Assembly (NCBI GenBank): GCA_031287715.1
Contig: JAITSN010000111.1
Location: 17,848-81,847 of the forward strand
Origin: Mediterranea sp.
Lineage (GTDB): Bacteria; Bacteroidota; Bacteroidia; Bacteroidales; Bacteroidaceae
Reading direction: 5' to 3'
Length of the DNA stretch: 64,000 nt
Part shown: positions 21,084 through 31,745 of the stretch, in pieces
How positions within the stretch are numbered: the stretch's first letter is position 1
Layout of the letters: every line of letters starts with the position of its first letter
The notes under the pieces: generated by a model
Seen by the model: only the letters and a program-made list of their open reading frames with translations
Told to the model about the DNA's origin: nothing
Databases searched by the model: none
Program-made: the position numbers and the translations under genes

Positions 21084-23432
21084 ATGGAGAATATCATGAA
21101 AAACTTTATTGCTTTATTGTTGTGTGTGATTATAAGTGTAGTTAGTAATGCACAAAATATCAGTATTACAGGAAAGGTGCTGGACGAAAAATCCGATGCA
21201 GTCGTTGCAGCAACTATTTCGTTACTATCAAAAGACAGCGTACTGATCACCGGTGGAATAACGAACTCATCCGGTGATTTTGAGTTGAAAACACTCAAAA
21301 AGCCGGCCCCCTGTTATCTCCGTATAACACATGCCGGATTTGAGAGCAGCTACCACACGGTCGTTACCGATAAAGACACTGTCGTTATAGCCCGTCTAAA
21401 TGAACGTAGCGTTTTGCTGGGCACAGTAGAGATCTTCGCCGGAAAACAAACCTATGAATTTCAAAACGACAAATTGGTAGTTAACATAAACAGCCTCCCC
21501 AATATTCAAACCCATGACCTGTCGAGGTTATTGCAACTGCTCCCCGGGGTGGTCAATTCGGGCGGATCACTGACCTTGAACGGCAAGGCCGCAGTTGTTT
21601 ATTTAGATGGCAAAAAGCAGGCGGTCAACCTGCTTTCGTTGCCGGTTTCCATTATCGAGAAGGTGGAGTTGATCTACTCATCGGGGGGTGTATATGATAG
21701 TTCCGACGAAGCTATTATCAATATTGTCCGTAGAAAACAGAAAGTCGACGGATATTATTTGTCTCTCGGAGGAAACACGGCTGCTTACGATAAGTTTAAT
21801 TTGGATGGCGGCGGATCGGCTACGCTTATGCTCAAAAAGAAGAATGTGATGCTGAATTCAACACTCACATACCGGAATACCTATTCGTTCTCGCACGTTA
21901 GCGACACATTGCGGTACCGGAATAACCATGTACAGTACCGGGATATGGACAAAGAGGGCCGGATAAATCTTCTTATGGGCCTGATGAACCTCGATTGGGA
22001 TATTAAAAAGGGGCATAATTTGAACTTCATGGTCAACTTTTACAATGATTTTTCGAGTAAAGCATCCAAGCAACAATACATTCTCCGGCCGGAAGACGAA
22101 CAGGGCAAGTGGGATGTAAAATCGAAAGAGAAGAACGATATGTGGTCGGGGCAAGTGGAATATTCTTCTCCGGATTCGCTGAACGGCAAGCTCAAAATGT
22201 CTTATCAGATCATTTGGGGAGGGATCAGGGAACGTGAACATACAGTTGAAAATGATGCGGAGATTCTTTATAGCGACGACGATATGTCGGCACACCAGCA
22301 CGTTGCCAAGTTTGACTATGACCATAAATTTTCTCCAAAACTCAACTTGCTATTTGGAGCACAGGGCGATTGGGGGCGTTTAACTGATGATAATGTTTAC
22401 ACAGAACCGGTTATATCCAACCGCTACCCCAACAGCCGTTTCCACGGCAAAGAAGATATTTATGCCGCCTACGTGAGGCTCAATTATTCAATCAACCGCC
22501 AATGGTCGGCAAACACTTCGCTGCGTTTGGAACATACAAATTACCATTATGACTTACTGACGGAAGACATGAGCGTTACAGATTCCTATACCGACCTGTT
22601 TCCGTTTTTTTCCATCGCCTATAAAAGCCGATCCACGGACTATCAATCGTCTTTGTCGTTCGGCTCTTCCATTCAGCGTCCCGATTATAATTATTTGCTT
22701 CCGGCAGTCCGTTATACCGGCCGGTACAGCTATACCAAAGGGAATCAAAGCCTGAAACCCACAATGCGCAACGCTTTTATGTTCAGAAATTTATTCTATC
22801 AATTTATCAATGTGTTTTTTACGTACGAATTTGGCTCCGATATGCGGGGATTCATCGCAAAGAACAGTGCAATAGATCCGCTCATTACCGAATACGAACA
22901 CAACAACATTGCCGATTTCAACAGGGTTTATTTCGGGGGATCTGTTAATTATAAAATCTTGGGGGATCTGCTTTCCGGTCAAATGGGCGGGAGTGTCCAG
23001 CACTTAAATTATACACACCCGAAGAATGGCTTTGAATTTTCCGGAGGGAAAAATGATTATTGGCGGGGAGTGATGTATCTGACATCCAATATCCAACTAA
23101 CCAAAACATTCGGGGTTAATTACCTGTGCCACTTTTATCCGGGATATGATAATTTAATTTATATCATGCATAGCCAGTGGCTTATGAATACAGGCATCTA
23201 TTATAATTCGCCTAAAGGCAACTGGTCTTTGTCTTTGGATGCAAATGATATTTTCCGCCCGAAGAAGTTTAGGGAAATGTATTTTGACGGCAATTATAGC
23301 AGGCAGCGCAATTATGGCAGCAGCCGGTATGTTCAGCTTTCGTTCCTCCTTAAATTCAGAGGTGGGGAAAAGGTGGAGAAGAAAGCGAAAGCTATGGACA
23401 TGGCGCCAAGTAGATTCTCAAAAAGACAATAA
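21084..23432 (+). CDS. Outer-membrane beta-barrel protein (TonB-dependent-receptor-like) with N-terminal carboxypeptidase-regulatory-like domain
   Basis: Signal peptide, ITGKVLDEK, LLQLLPGV small plug, GNQSLKP, SLDANDIF barrel motifs. Confidence 0.8.
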   Translation: MENIMKNFIALLLCVIISVVSNAQNISITGKVLDEKSDAVVAATISLLSKDSVLITGGITNSSGDFELKTLKKPAPCYLRITHAGFESSYHTVVTDKDTVVIARLNERSVLLGTVEIFAGKQTYEFQNDKLVVNINSLPNIQTHDLSRLLQLLPGVVNSGGSLTLNGKAAVVYLDGKKQAVNLLSLPVSIIEKVELIYSSGGVYDSSDEAIINIVRRKQKVDGYYLSLGGNTAAYDKFNLDGGGSATLMLKKKNVMLNSTLTYRNTYSFSHVSDTLRYRNNHVQYRDMDKEGRINLLMGLMNLDWDIKKGHNLNFMVNFYNDFSSKASKQQYILRPEDEQGKWDVKSKEKNDMWSGQVEYSSPDSLNGKLKMSYQIIWGGIREREHTVENDAEILYSDDDMSAHQHVAKFDYDHKFSPKLNLLFGAQGDWGRLTDDNVYTEPVISNRYPNSRFHGKEDIYAAYVRLNYSINRQWSANTSLRLEHTNYHYDLLTEDMSVTDSYTDLFPFFSIAYKSRSTDYQSSLSFGSSIQRPDYNYLLPAVRYTGRYSYTKGNQSLKPTMRNAFMFRNLFYQFINVFFTYEFGSDMRGFIAKNSAIDPLITEYEHNNIADFNRVYFGGSVNYKILGDLLSGQMGGSVQHLNYTHPKNGFEFSGGKNDYWRGVMYLTSNIQLTKTFGVNYLCHFYPGYDNLIYIMHSQWLMNTGIYYNSPKGNWSLSLDANDIFRPKKFREMYFDGNYSRQRNYGSSRYVQLSFLLKFRGGEKVEKKAKAMDMAPSRFSKRQ

Positions 23433-23496
23433 AATGAAACTATAATGCCTTAAAATCTTATAGGCATATCTATCTCTACGAACTATATCAACGGCA

Positions 23497-23531
23497 AAGG
23501 GGCTAAGTCTTACGTAAAGACTTAGCCCCTT
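23497..23531. terminator. Hairpin between convergent genes (terminator of left SusD operon)
   Basis: AAGGGGCTAAGTCTT-ACGTA-AAGACTTAGCCCCTT. Confidence 0.8.
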
Positions 23532-23579
23532 GATTATGTTATGGCGTTTCCGGAGTTATTCTTCGGCCAGCGGGAGATG

Positions 23580-25727
23580 TTATTCTTCGGCCAGCGGGTC
23601 GAAGGTGCCGTTGGCTCCGGCCCTGACATCGGCCCAGCCTATGGTTTGCAGGAGGCTGATGTTGTTTCTCTGGGCGCTTTCGTTCAGGCCGATGATGTAG
23701 TATTCGGGTTTGAAGAGCACATACCGGTCGGCTTGGTCGCCTTGACGGGTTTTGCGGATCAGGTTATCGGTATAGAATTTTTCCAGATCGGCATATTGTC
23801 CGTCCAGCGCCGTCTTCAGGTCGAGTTTGATGTTGGCGCGGGCGGTTTTGATGGGATCTCTTCCGGCGGCTTCATCGGCGTTTGTTTTGGACGCCAGCTC
23901 TATGTTGTCGCGGCGTTTGCCGTTGAATGGAGCCAGGCCGGTGTAGGTGCATGTATTTCCGTTGAATCCGGTCAGCGTCCAGGCGCTTGGCGCTCCGTTG
24001 ATTTGGCTCATGGCTGTTCCGCCGTCCCAGAGCAGCCAGCGGCGCATGTCGTCAAAGCGTTTGCCTTCGTAAGCCAGCTCGATTTGCCGTTCGTAGAGGA
24101 TGGCTCCGAAGAGTTTGCCGCGGTCGCCGGCCAGCGCGTCATCCAGCCCACAGTCGCCGGTGTGGCCGGCGCGTTTGCGGATATCCCGGAGGTAGCCTAA
24201 CGCTTCGGCTCCTTCACCGATGGCGCACGCTGCTTCGGCCAGGTTGAGCAGCACTTCCGCGTAGCGGATCTCCATGTAGGGCATGGCTCCTTCGCCGAAG
24301 GGGCCTTGGCGGTTGCCGGTCAGGTCCCACCTGTACATTGTCACGGGGGCCGGCGTGGTCATGTCGAAATCGTTGCTGCGCTTGCGGATGTAGAGTCCTC
24401 TGTTTTGAAGTCCCAGCCCGGACGCGCCGTAGCCGCTTTGCTTTATATCGGCTTTCTTTTCGTCGTTTGCATACCAGGCGTAGTTCCACAGTACATAGTT
24501 GGGGCCTGTAAATTCATAGTCGGTGCCCAGGGTGGTTATGTCTCCTTCGTACGTCCAGGTCACACCGGGGAAGGCGAAGGTGCGGTAGAAGCGCGGGTCG
24601 CGGTCTTTGAAGAACTTCAGCGGGTCATACGCGTATGTGGATTCGCCGGGTTTTTTGCCGTCGGCCATCGGGAAGAGGTCGATCATGTTCGCCGTTGGGG
24701 TCATGCCTCCTCCGGTTCCTGCTGCGTGCGCGTTAAAGGGCCGGATGGATTGTTCCCAGTGGTTGTTGCGGTATACTTCGTGCGATCCGTTGTCGTCGTG
24801 TATTTTGTTGTACAGGGTGACAAATACGGCTTCTTCGCTGTTAAATTCATACAGCATCTTGGCCCATCCGGAGGCGTTGATGCCGGGCGCGTTTCCGTAG
24901 GCCAGGCCAAAGCCGCCGTCTTTCAGTGCTTCGATGGCGTCTTTGTTGGCGTTGTAGGCGGCCCGCCAGCGTTCGGTGTCATCGGCGCGGTTGAACAGCG
25001 GGCTGGCGTAGAGCAGCCGTGCCCGTCCGACCAGCGCTAAGGCTGCTCCTTTGGTGATCCTTCCAAATTCGCTGTCCCATTTGTCGGGCAGTGTTTCGGC
25101 GGCTCGTTCCAGGTCTTCACAGATAAAGTCGATGCAGGCTTTTGTTGTGGCGCGGGGAACCGAGAGATTTTGTATCTGGCTCACGTCGGTGGCTTGTACG
25201 TGGTCGACGATGGGTACTCCGCCGTATATTTTCACCAGCATATAGTATTGCCATGCACGGAAGAAGTACACTTGCCCGAGCAGTTCGTTTTTCTGTTCAT
25301 CGGGCAGCGCTCCGCCTGAAATGCCTTCGATCACATCGTTGCAGTTGCGTATTTCCCCCCAAGGCCCGGCGCTGGTGGACTTGTTCACGTGGAAGAAGTC
25401 GATGAGGTCTGACGATGCGGTGTTAAGCGCGATGTCCGTGTCGGTAAAGATGGATGATCCGCTGAATTCTTCGGTCGCCCTGGATTGAATGTCGGCCTTT
25501 CCGGAGCTTGGATACCTGTACGTCAGACTGGTATTGGCGCTGGGAAGCAGCCGCAGGTAGATGTCGTCCACCCTCATTTTCGCTCCGACGTAGTCGTTGT
25601 ATATTTCCGGGCTGTTCTTATCGTAGTTCTTCTTTTCTTTGAGGAAGTCGTCGCTGCATCCGGTGAAAAGGGATGCTCCAAGCAGGCAGGCGACGCCGGA
25701 TACTATTGTTATATATACTTTTTTCAT
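23580..25727 (-). CDS. SusD/RagB family lipoprotein (left operon)
   Basis: Lipobox FTGCSDDFL, GQVYFFRAWQY, YGGVP, RYAEVLLNLAEA, ERQIELAYEGKRFDD. Confidence 0.95.
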   Translation of the reverse strand: MKKVYITIVSGVACLLGASLFTGCSDDFLKEKKNYDKNSPEIYNDYVGAKMRVDDIYLRLLPSANTSLTYRYPSSGKADIQSRATEEFSGSSIFTDTDIALNTASSDLIDFFHVNKSTSAGPWGEIRNCNDVIEGISGGALPDEQKNELLGQVYFFRAWQYYMLVKIYGGVPIVDHVQATDVSQIQNLSVPRATTKACIDFICEDLERAAETLPDKWDSEFGRITKGAALALVGRARLLYASPLFNRADDTERWRAAYNANKDAIEALKDGGFGLAYGNAPGINASGWAKMLYEFNSEEAVFVTLYNKIHDDNGSHEVYRNNHWEQSIRPFNAHAAGTGGGMTPTANMIDLFPMADGKKPGESTYAYDPLKFFKDRDPRFYRTFAFPGVTWTYEGDITTLGTDYEFTGPNYVLWNYAWYANDEKKADIKQSGYGASGLGLQNRGLYIRKRSNDFDMTTPAPVTMYRWDLTGNRQGPFGEGAMPYMEIRYAEVLLNLAEAACAIGEGAEALGYLRDIRKRAGHTGDCGLDDALAGDRGKLFGAILYERQIELAYEGKRFDDMRRWLLWDGGTAMSQINGAPSAWTLTGFNGNTCTYTGLAPFNGKRRDNIELASKTNADEAAGRDPIKTARANIKLDLKTALDGQYADLEKFYTDNLIRKTRQGDQADRYVLFKPEYYIIGLNESAQRNNISLLQTIGWADVRAGANGTFDPLAEE

Positions 25728-25739
25728 ATGGATTCTTTA

Positions 25740-28700
25740 TTAGAATGATACATTTACGCCTAACGTAAATTTACGCAGGGTGGGATATTTGCTGTAGTCT
25801 GACATCGGACTCATGAATTTATCCGGATACGGGTTGTAGAAGCACAGCAGGTTTTGCCCGGTGAGGTTGAAGCGGCAGCTTTCCAGCCCCAGCCTGTTGA
25901 TGAGTGTTTTGGGCAGGGCGTAAGCCAGGGTGATGTTGCGCAGGGAGATATTGGTGTTGCTTATTCTCCAGAAGGTGGACGATTCGCTGTTGATGCTTGC
26001 AAAGCGCAGGTTCGGGTAGGTAGCCGTCAGGTTTTGCGTAGCCACCACACGGCCTTGCTCATCCAGCACATCTTTGTAAACGAACATATTGTCTGCCCAG
26101 AAAGAAGGCAGGTTGGTGTACTGCATGACGTCGTATGTGGTAGCTGTGGCGACGATGCTCTTGTTGGAAATGGCCTGCGTGGGTAGCGTGGTGTAGCTGC
26201 CCCAGCTTGCTCCGAGTTGTGCGCTGAACGAGAGCGCTTTCCATTCGCCGCCCAGGTTGATGGTAAACCCGTACGGGTTGCCGCTCCGCTTGGATATTTG
26301 CACTTTGTCGTTCTTGTCGACAACGTTCGGCATCGGATCGTTGGGGTCGCCCGCCGCATAATAGGTGCCGTCGGACTTCCTTGATCCGCGGACGTTTTTG
26401 TAGATCAGCGTTCCCGGGTGGACGTCCACCTGCATTTTGCCCATATAGGTTTCGATGTTGTTGGCTGCGAAGTATTCCGCAATCTCCTGGTAGCTGCGGA
26501 ACATCCCGATGCACGAGTATCCCCACACACCGCGGTCGGCGCGTTCGTTGGGAACGATGTCGTCCAGCTCCCTGTCGGCGATGTCTTTCCACGGCGCTTT
26601 GAGGATCTTATTATCCGTATACCCGGTGTTCAGCTTGATGTGGTACTTGAAATCCTTGCCGATCTTGTCGCGCCAGCCCAGCGAAAGTTCAACGCCGTAG
26701 CTGTCGATCGATCCGTAATTGGAGGCGGAGGCTATTGCACCCACGGTTGTCGGGAAGTCGGGGATGTTCGTGATGGCCATGAACACCTCGCGGTTCTTGT
26801 CGTAATAAGCATCGAGCGTAACCGACAGGCGGCTTTTGATGAAGTTCATGTCCAGACCGATATTGCTCTTATAGCTCTTGTCCCAATGCGAGTTGCGGTT
26901 GGGCACCTCATTGGGTATCTGGAAGTGTGCGCCGGCTTCCAGGCTCGGGTTGGAACCGAAGATCGGGCCTTTGATCACTTCCGACCCGTAAGTTTGCTGC
27001 CACGCCCAGGCGGCCACGTTGTCGCGTCCCAACAAACCGTAGGAAGCGCGGATCTTCAGGAAGTCAAAAGGCGTCTTGTCTTTGAACCAGCTTTCTTCGG
27101 AGATGATCCATCCTACAGACAGCGACGGGAATACGCCCCAATAGTTTTCGGGGGCGAACTTGGTAGATGCGTCCGAACGGATGAGAAACTCGGCCAGGTA
27201 CCGGTCGGCATACGCATAGTTGACACGGCCGATGTAAGACAACACGCCGCCTTCCGAACGTTTGAACTCGGTGGTTTGGGTGCCGTTGGCTCCGTTGGAC
27301 TGGCCGTTGGTGAACGAATACGGTTCCGTTACCTGCCCCCAGATGTTTTCGGTTTCATTTTCGGACTTTTCGATAGAGAACAGTCCGCTCACGTCATGCA
27401 AGCCGAAAGAACGGGCATAAGTTGCAATAAAGTTCAGCTGGTAGCGGTCGCTGCGGCTCATCGTGCGGCGGATGCGGTCTCCGTTCGATACGGGCACGGT
27501 GGTCATGTTCTCAAAGTTCATCGCATAGCCCGGGGTATCCATATAAAGGTGGCTTCCGCTGCCGCCGCGGTTGCCGTCGGCAAACTTATACAGCTGGTAG
27601 TCGGAGCCGAACTGGTTGTCTTTGGTCGTACTGATATTCTTTGAATAAGTCATTTTCACTTTCAGGCCTTTGAAGATCTTGCTCCAGCCGAAGTCATACT
27701 CCAGCGAAGAGTTGATGGTCATGTTCTGCGGCATGTAAGTGGTATAGTTTCCCACCACGTTTTCGACCATATCATAATGGTAGTTCTGCGTCTGTTCGAT
27801 GTAGCCGTTGGTGATGCCGTAGCCGGCAACCGGCAATCCGTTCACATATTCGGGGATGTAGCGCGGACGGGTGAGCAGCATCACATAGTCTTTTTCGTCG
27901 TTTGTTCCGCCGACGGTCGAGAACGCCTTTGTCGTTTCGCCGTAGTCGCCCGACACTTGCAGGGACGCCTTCACCCACGGGCTGATTTTCACATCCATAC
28001 CGGCGCGGTAGTTCCAGCGTCCGTATTCGATGCGCCCGAGATTCCCTTCTTGCGTCACATAAGAAACGCCGCCGAAGTACGTTGCATTCTCGCTACCGCC
28101 GCCGATGTTGATGCTGTGTTTCTGCGTCAAGCCCGAACTCCAATACTTATCCAGCAAGTCGTAGTTGAGCGAGCGCATAGCCTCCAGCTCATCGGCCTGG
28201 AAGAGATCATTCTTCTTATCATACGTGCCCGTAGGGTCGGGAACGCGGATGGCGTTCCACGTACGGCCGAAGCTGTACGAGTCCATCATCTTGGAGCGGT
28301 AGAACTCGTCCGTATAACCAAACTGCCCGTTATAAGAGATCTTGGGCTTGCTGATCTGCCCGCGTTTTGTTTTCACGAGCACCACCCCCTGTGCCGAACG
28401 TGCGCCGTAAACCGCCGCCGCGGCATCTTTCAGTACGGAAATGCTTTCGATCATACTTCCGTCCAGGTTGTTGAACGCCGTTTCGTCGGCAATAAAGTCA
28501 TCGATCACATACAACGGCACCAGCAGTCCCGAGCTTGACGTGGGAGCGCTTATCGACAGGTCGCTGTTGCGGATCACGATCTTGGCCGGTTCACCCGGAC
28601 GGTTGCTGCTTTCGTTCACGCTCACCCCGTTGATCAATCCTTCCAAAGCCGCGCCCAGATTGGTCACGGAAAGGTCGTTGAAATCTTGCGGGGCCACCGT

Positions 28701-29069
28701 GGCGATGGATCCGGTGAGGTGCGCTTTCTTCTGTGCGCCGTAGCCCACCACGACAACCTCTTCCAGCTGCATATAATCTTCCTTCAGCACGATGCGCGTA
28801 TTCTTGAAGTCGGAAACGGTTTGGCTTACATACCCGATGAACGAAACGGTAAGCTGCCCCTTGGACGGAACGGGAATCGTAAAGTTCCCGTTCAGGTCTG
28901 TGATCGTTCCCGTACTTGTTCCTTCTATTTTGACGGAGGCGCCGATAACCGGTTCGCCCGTTTCATCAACAACACTGCCCTTCACCGTCTGTGGCTGCTG
29001 CGCATAAGCGGGCATGGCAAATCCCAGCAACAGGCTCAGGCATAAACTGAGAATCAAATATCTCTTCAT
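25740..29069 (-). CDS. SusC/RagA TonB-dependent transporter (left operon)
   Basis: EEVVVVGYG, LKDAAAAVYGARSAQGVVLVKTK, terminal GVNVSF. Confidence 0.97.
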   Translation of the reverse strand: MKRYLILSLCLSLLLGFAMPAYAQQPQTVKGSVVDETGEPVIGASVKIEGTSTGTITDLNGNFTIPVPSKGQLTVSFIGYVSQTVSDFKNTRIVLKEDYMQLEEVVVVGYGAQKKAHLTGSIATVAPQDFNDLSVTNLGAALEGLINGVSVNESSNRPGEPAKIVIRNSDLSISAPTSSSGLLVPLYVIDDFIADETAFNNLDGSMIESISVLKDAAAAVYGARSAQGVVLVKTKRGQISKPKISYNGQFGYTDEFYRSKMMDSYSFGRTWNAIRVPDPTGTYDKKNDLFQADELEAMRSLNYDLLDKYWSSGLTQKHSINIGGGSENATYFGGVSYVTQEGNLGRIEYGRWNYRAGMDVKISPWVKASLQVSGDYGETTKAFSTVGGTNDEKDYVMLLTRPRYIPEYVNGLPVAGYGITNGYIEQTQNYHYDMVENVVGNYTTYMPQNMTINSSLEYDFGWSKIFKGLKVKMTYSKNISTTKDNQFGSDYQLYKFADGNRGGSGSHLYMDTPGYAMNFENMTTVPVSNGDRIRRTMSRSDRYQLNFIATYARSFGLHDVSGLFSIEKSENETENIWGQVTEPYSFTNGQSNGANGTQTTEFKRSEGGVLSYIGRVNYAYADRYLAEFLIRSDASTKFAPENYWGVFPSLSVGWIISEESWFKDKTPFDFLKIRASYGLLGRDNVAAWAWQQTYGSEVIKGPIFGSNPSLEAGAHFQIPNEVPNRNSHWDKSYKSNIGLDMNFIKSRLSVTLDAYYDKNREVFMAITNIPDFPTTVGAIASASNYGSIDSYGVELSLGWRDKIGKDFKYHIKLNTGYTDNKILKAPWKDIADRELDDIVPNERADRGVWGYSCIGMFRSYQEIAEYFAANNIETYMGKMQVDVHPGTLIYKNVRGSRKSDGTYYAAGDPNDPMPNVVDKNDKVQISKRSGNPYGFTINLGGEWKALSFSAQLGASWGSYTTLPTQAISNKSIVATATTYDVMQYTNLPSFWADNMFVYKDVLDEQGRVVATQNLTATYPNLRFASINSESSTFWRISNTNISLRNITLAYALPKTLINRLGLESCRFNLTGQNLLCFYNPYPDKFMSPMSDYSKYPTLRKFTLGVNVSF

Positions 29070-29099
29070 ATTTCTTATTTTTATATTTTATACTTTTGA

Positions 29100-30551
29100 T
29101 TATTCGGCAGCGGGCAACCAGCGCGGGTCTCCGGTGCGTTTAGCGATATGTTCGCTTCCGCCCACGGTGAAATCCCCGTTCTGCGGATCCCTCAGCTGCG
29201 GGTCTGATTCGATATGCGTACCGCTGGCATCTCTGGGCGTGCTGGTCAGTTCGCCGGCAACAAAAACGCCGCCATACCAGTATGAATTGTTGCCGCACGT
29301 CAGCGTGGCGTTGCCGTTACCGCCACCCAGGCGGCGCACGACGGCTCTATTGCCGCAATCCACAAAGATGGAGTTCGTTACCGTGATGGTATTTCCCCTC
29401 TGGGCAAAGTTGTTGGCATAGTTGCCCATCTGATCGTTTTTCACCACTTGCCAGAACGTGCAATTCGTGATCAACAGGTTGGCATTCGCCCACGTTTCTT
29501 CGTCCGGCCTGACGGTGCTTATTTGCCCGCCTTGCAGCTGCATGAAATATCCGCCGTTGACCTGTTTATTATAGAAGGTGCTGTTGACCAGCGACAGATC
29601 TTTGATCACCGTGGCTTGAGACCGCAGCAGCTGGATGGAGCTTGTTGTGTTCTGTTCGATCACGCAATCTTTGATCAGGAGCGTCCCGATGCCGTATCTC
29701 TTATTGTTGTCGTAGAACAGGCGTTGTTTCAGCCCCTTGACGTTGCAAGACAGTACCGCAACGGGCGAGGTGGTGGGAACGACGTAGTAGCCGCCCGCGC
29801 TTGGCGTCAGGGCTGCGTTGAACGTGCTGTTCATCAGGATAACCGACGTTCCCTCGAAGTTTGTACAATCCAGATCGATGAATTTCAGCCGCAATCCGGC
29901 CCCGTCATTCAGGAAAGCCCCGTTGGTCATCGTCAATTTCGGGTGGCGCACTTTATTGCCGCGGAACGTGACCGAAGTCAGGCCGATAGCCACATTGCCG
30001 TTCATCGTATACTCCCCGTCGGACACCAGCTCGTAGCACAATTCCGTCGCACTTTCCGGCACGGGAGTGGCCGTAAAGTATTCGGTCAGATTGGTACCGT
30101 CCGGAATGGTGGCCGTTACATCCAGCATGTTGTTATACGGCACCTTCGTTCCCTGTCCGGCTTCCTTATTGTTGAACTTGGAATTGCCCAACGTCCGCAC
30201 CACTACTTCATAGAACGTATCTTCAACCATTTCGCGTTCGGCCGAACATCCGTCGATGACTTCTTTTTCCTCGCCGACCAAGACAGGATTTTCCGGATCA
30301 TCCACTATATAAAGTGAAAATTCATATCCTCCTGCGCCCGGCACAACAGGCCATGTAACTGTCAGTTTCGACCCGTCGGCGCTGGGCACAACGGCGATCT
30401 TATCGGCCGCAGGCGACTCCAGGGAGGCGTTCTCAACCCCCGACGACCACGCCTTATCCTCCTGGTATCCATCAATACAGGAAAAAGGCAAAAACATCGC
30501 CGCCAATACCATCAGCGCGCATGTCTTTCTTCTTAAAAATGAGTTTTTCAT
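29100..30551 (-). CDS. Surface lipoprotein with Fn3-like and beta-helix-like regions (DUF4957/DUF5123-like surface glycan-binding protein)
   Basis: Start re-called to MKNSFLRRK; lipobox PFSC; ends GDPRW; paralog of 33768..35294. Confidence 0.8.
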   Translation of the reverse strand: MKNSFLRRKTCALMVLAAMFLPFSCIDGYQEDKAWSSGVENASLESPAADKIAVVPSADGSKLTVTWPVVPGAGGYEFSLYIVDDPENPVLVGEEKEVIDGCSAEREMVEDTFYEVVVRTLGNSKFNNKEAGQGTKVPYNNMLDVTATIPDGTNLTEYFTATPVPESATELCYELVSDGEYTMNGNVAIGLTSVTFRGNKVRHPKLTMTNGAFLNDGAGLRLKFIDLDCTNFEGTSVILMNSTFNAALTPSAGGYYVVPTTSPVAVLSCNVKGLKQRLFYDNNKRYGIGTLLIKDCVIEQNTTSSIQLLRSQATVIKDLSLVNSTFYNKQVNGGYFMQLQGGQISTVRPDEETWANANLLITNCTFWQVVKNDQMGNYANNFAQRGNTITVTNSIFVDCGNRAVVRRLGGGNGNATLTCGNNSYWYGGVFVAGELTSTPRDASGTHIESDPQLRDPQNGDFTVGGSEHIAKRTGDPRWLPAAE

Positions 30552-30664
30552 GAAATAAAACATTAAATTAAACAATATAGTATAGTTTTCTCTTCATCCA
30601 TCCGTAGGTCAAACCTGCCACAGGCACGCTCCAAAGGCCGGAAGCTCCGCCATGCATCATGGTC

Positions 30665-30700
30665 AAGTGGCTCATTAAACGTCCGTTTAATGAGCCACTT
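30665..30700. repeat. Palindrome copy 2 (13-bp arms, TC core): left inverted site
   Basis: AAGT-GGCTCATTAAACG-TC-CGTTTAATGAGCC-ACTT. Confidence 0.9.
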
Positions 30701-30898
30701 TCATTACATTTTAAGGGGAAAGAAAAATGCAGACTAATTTAAACAGGGGAAAAGATGAAGACTGTAAAGATATTGCACGTACCGGAACGGGAACTGCGGA
30801 GGAGAAAGCTATAATTTATCAATGAAAGCAAACGCCAAAAGCCATGCGAAAGTTTTATTCATATATTTGTGCTGTAATTTAAAGTATACCTAAAACAA

Positions 30899-31339
30899 AT
30901 GAACATACCGGATTCCATAAAACAGAGAGATAGCTATATAGAAAGAATAAAACCTTTCATGCGTACGCCTATTATTAAGGTAATGTTGGGGCAGCAGCGG
31001 GTAGTGAAAAGCTATATCTTTCTTCAACTGATGCAGCTGATCAAAACCGAAGAGCCGGATGCCCATATTATATATATTAATAAGGAAGAGCTGGAGTTTG
31101 CTTTCATAGATTCGGCCATAAGTTTGAATGATTATATTCTTTCGCAAAGCCGCCCGGATGGGTGGAACTATATCTTTATAGAAGAGATCCAGTATGTGCC
31201 CGAATTTGAGCGGGCGCTACGATCGTTATTTCTGAATACTAAGAATGACTTATATGTCACCGGCAATACAAAATTGATGTCCGGAGAATTAGCCACATAT
31301 CTTACAGGGCGTTGTATTGAATGGAAAATTGACAATTGA
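30899..31339 (+). pseudogene. Truncated AAA_14-type ATPase with degenerate Walker motifs
   Basis: GQQRVVKS (usual GxRRxGKS), IFIEEIQ (usual IDEIQ), ELATYLTGR; stops in a heptamer tract; -7 box TATATTTG at 30862-30869. Confidence 0.75.
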
Positions 31340-31372
31340 CAGTTTCTTACCACCGCTGAGATTTAAGCAGCC

Positions 31373-31486
31373 TTATCGTTCAAACTCCTTCTTCAGCCAG
31401 ACTTCCAGCAGAGGATCAGGAATGATAATTTGCCGTTTTTCAGTTTCTATCAGTTCTTTTTTGATCAGCGCACGCTTAATGATGCT
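31373..31486 (-). pseudogene. C-terminal remnant of an ATP-binding protein
   Basis: Hand translation SIIKRALIKKELIETEKRQIIIPDPLLEVWLKKEFER*, no start. Confidence 0.55.
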
Positions 31487-31569
31487 TCTCTATTACTAAT
31501 CAATCATTCTATTTCTAATTTGCAGTACAGTTCAAGGGGTTGCAATCATAGAAAGGGCGAATCACAGGC

Positions 31570-31698
31570 ATGAAAAAACCCGCTACGCGATGGAAAGAGC
31601 GCGCAGCGGGCGAGGAACTCGCTACGATGAATAGAAGAAAGAGTACGTAGCAAGTGAAAAGCCTGCTGCGCAAGAAGAAAAAAAACACGCAGCAAGCG
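31570..31698. repeat. Three degenerate ~40-44 bp units with internal inverted GCT(A/G)CG...CG(C/T)AGC
   Basis: cccGCTACGc..gaaagagcgCGCAGC / ctcGCTACGa..gaaagagtaCGTAGC / cctGCTGCGc..aaaacaCGCAGC. Confidence 0.55.
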
Positions 31699-31745
31699 AT
31701 TAGCAATGGTCAATGGTAATTGTCAGCTAGCCATTTAACCACTGT

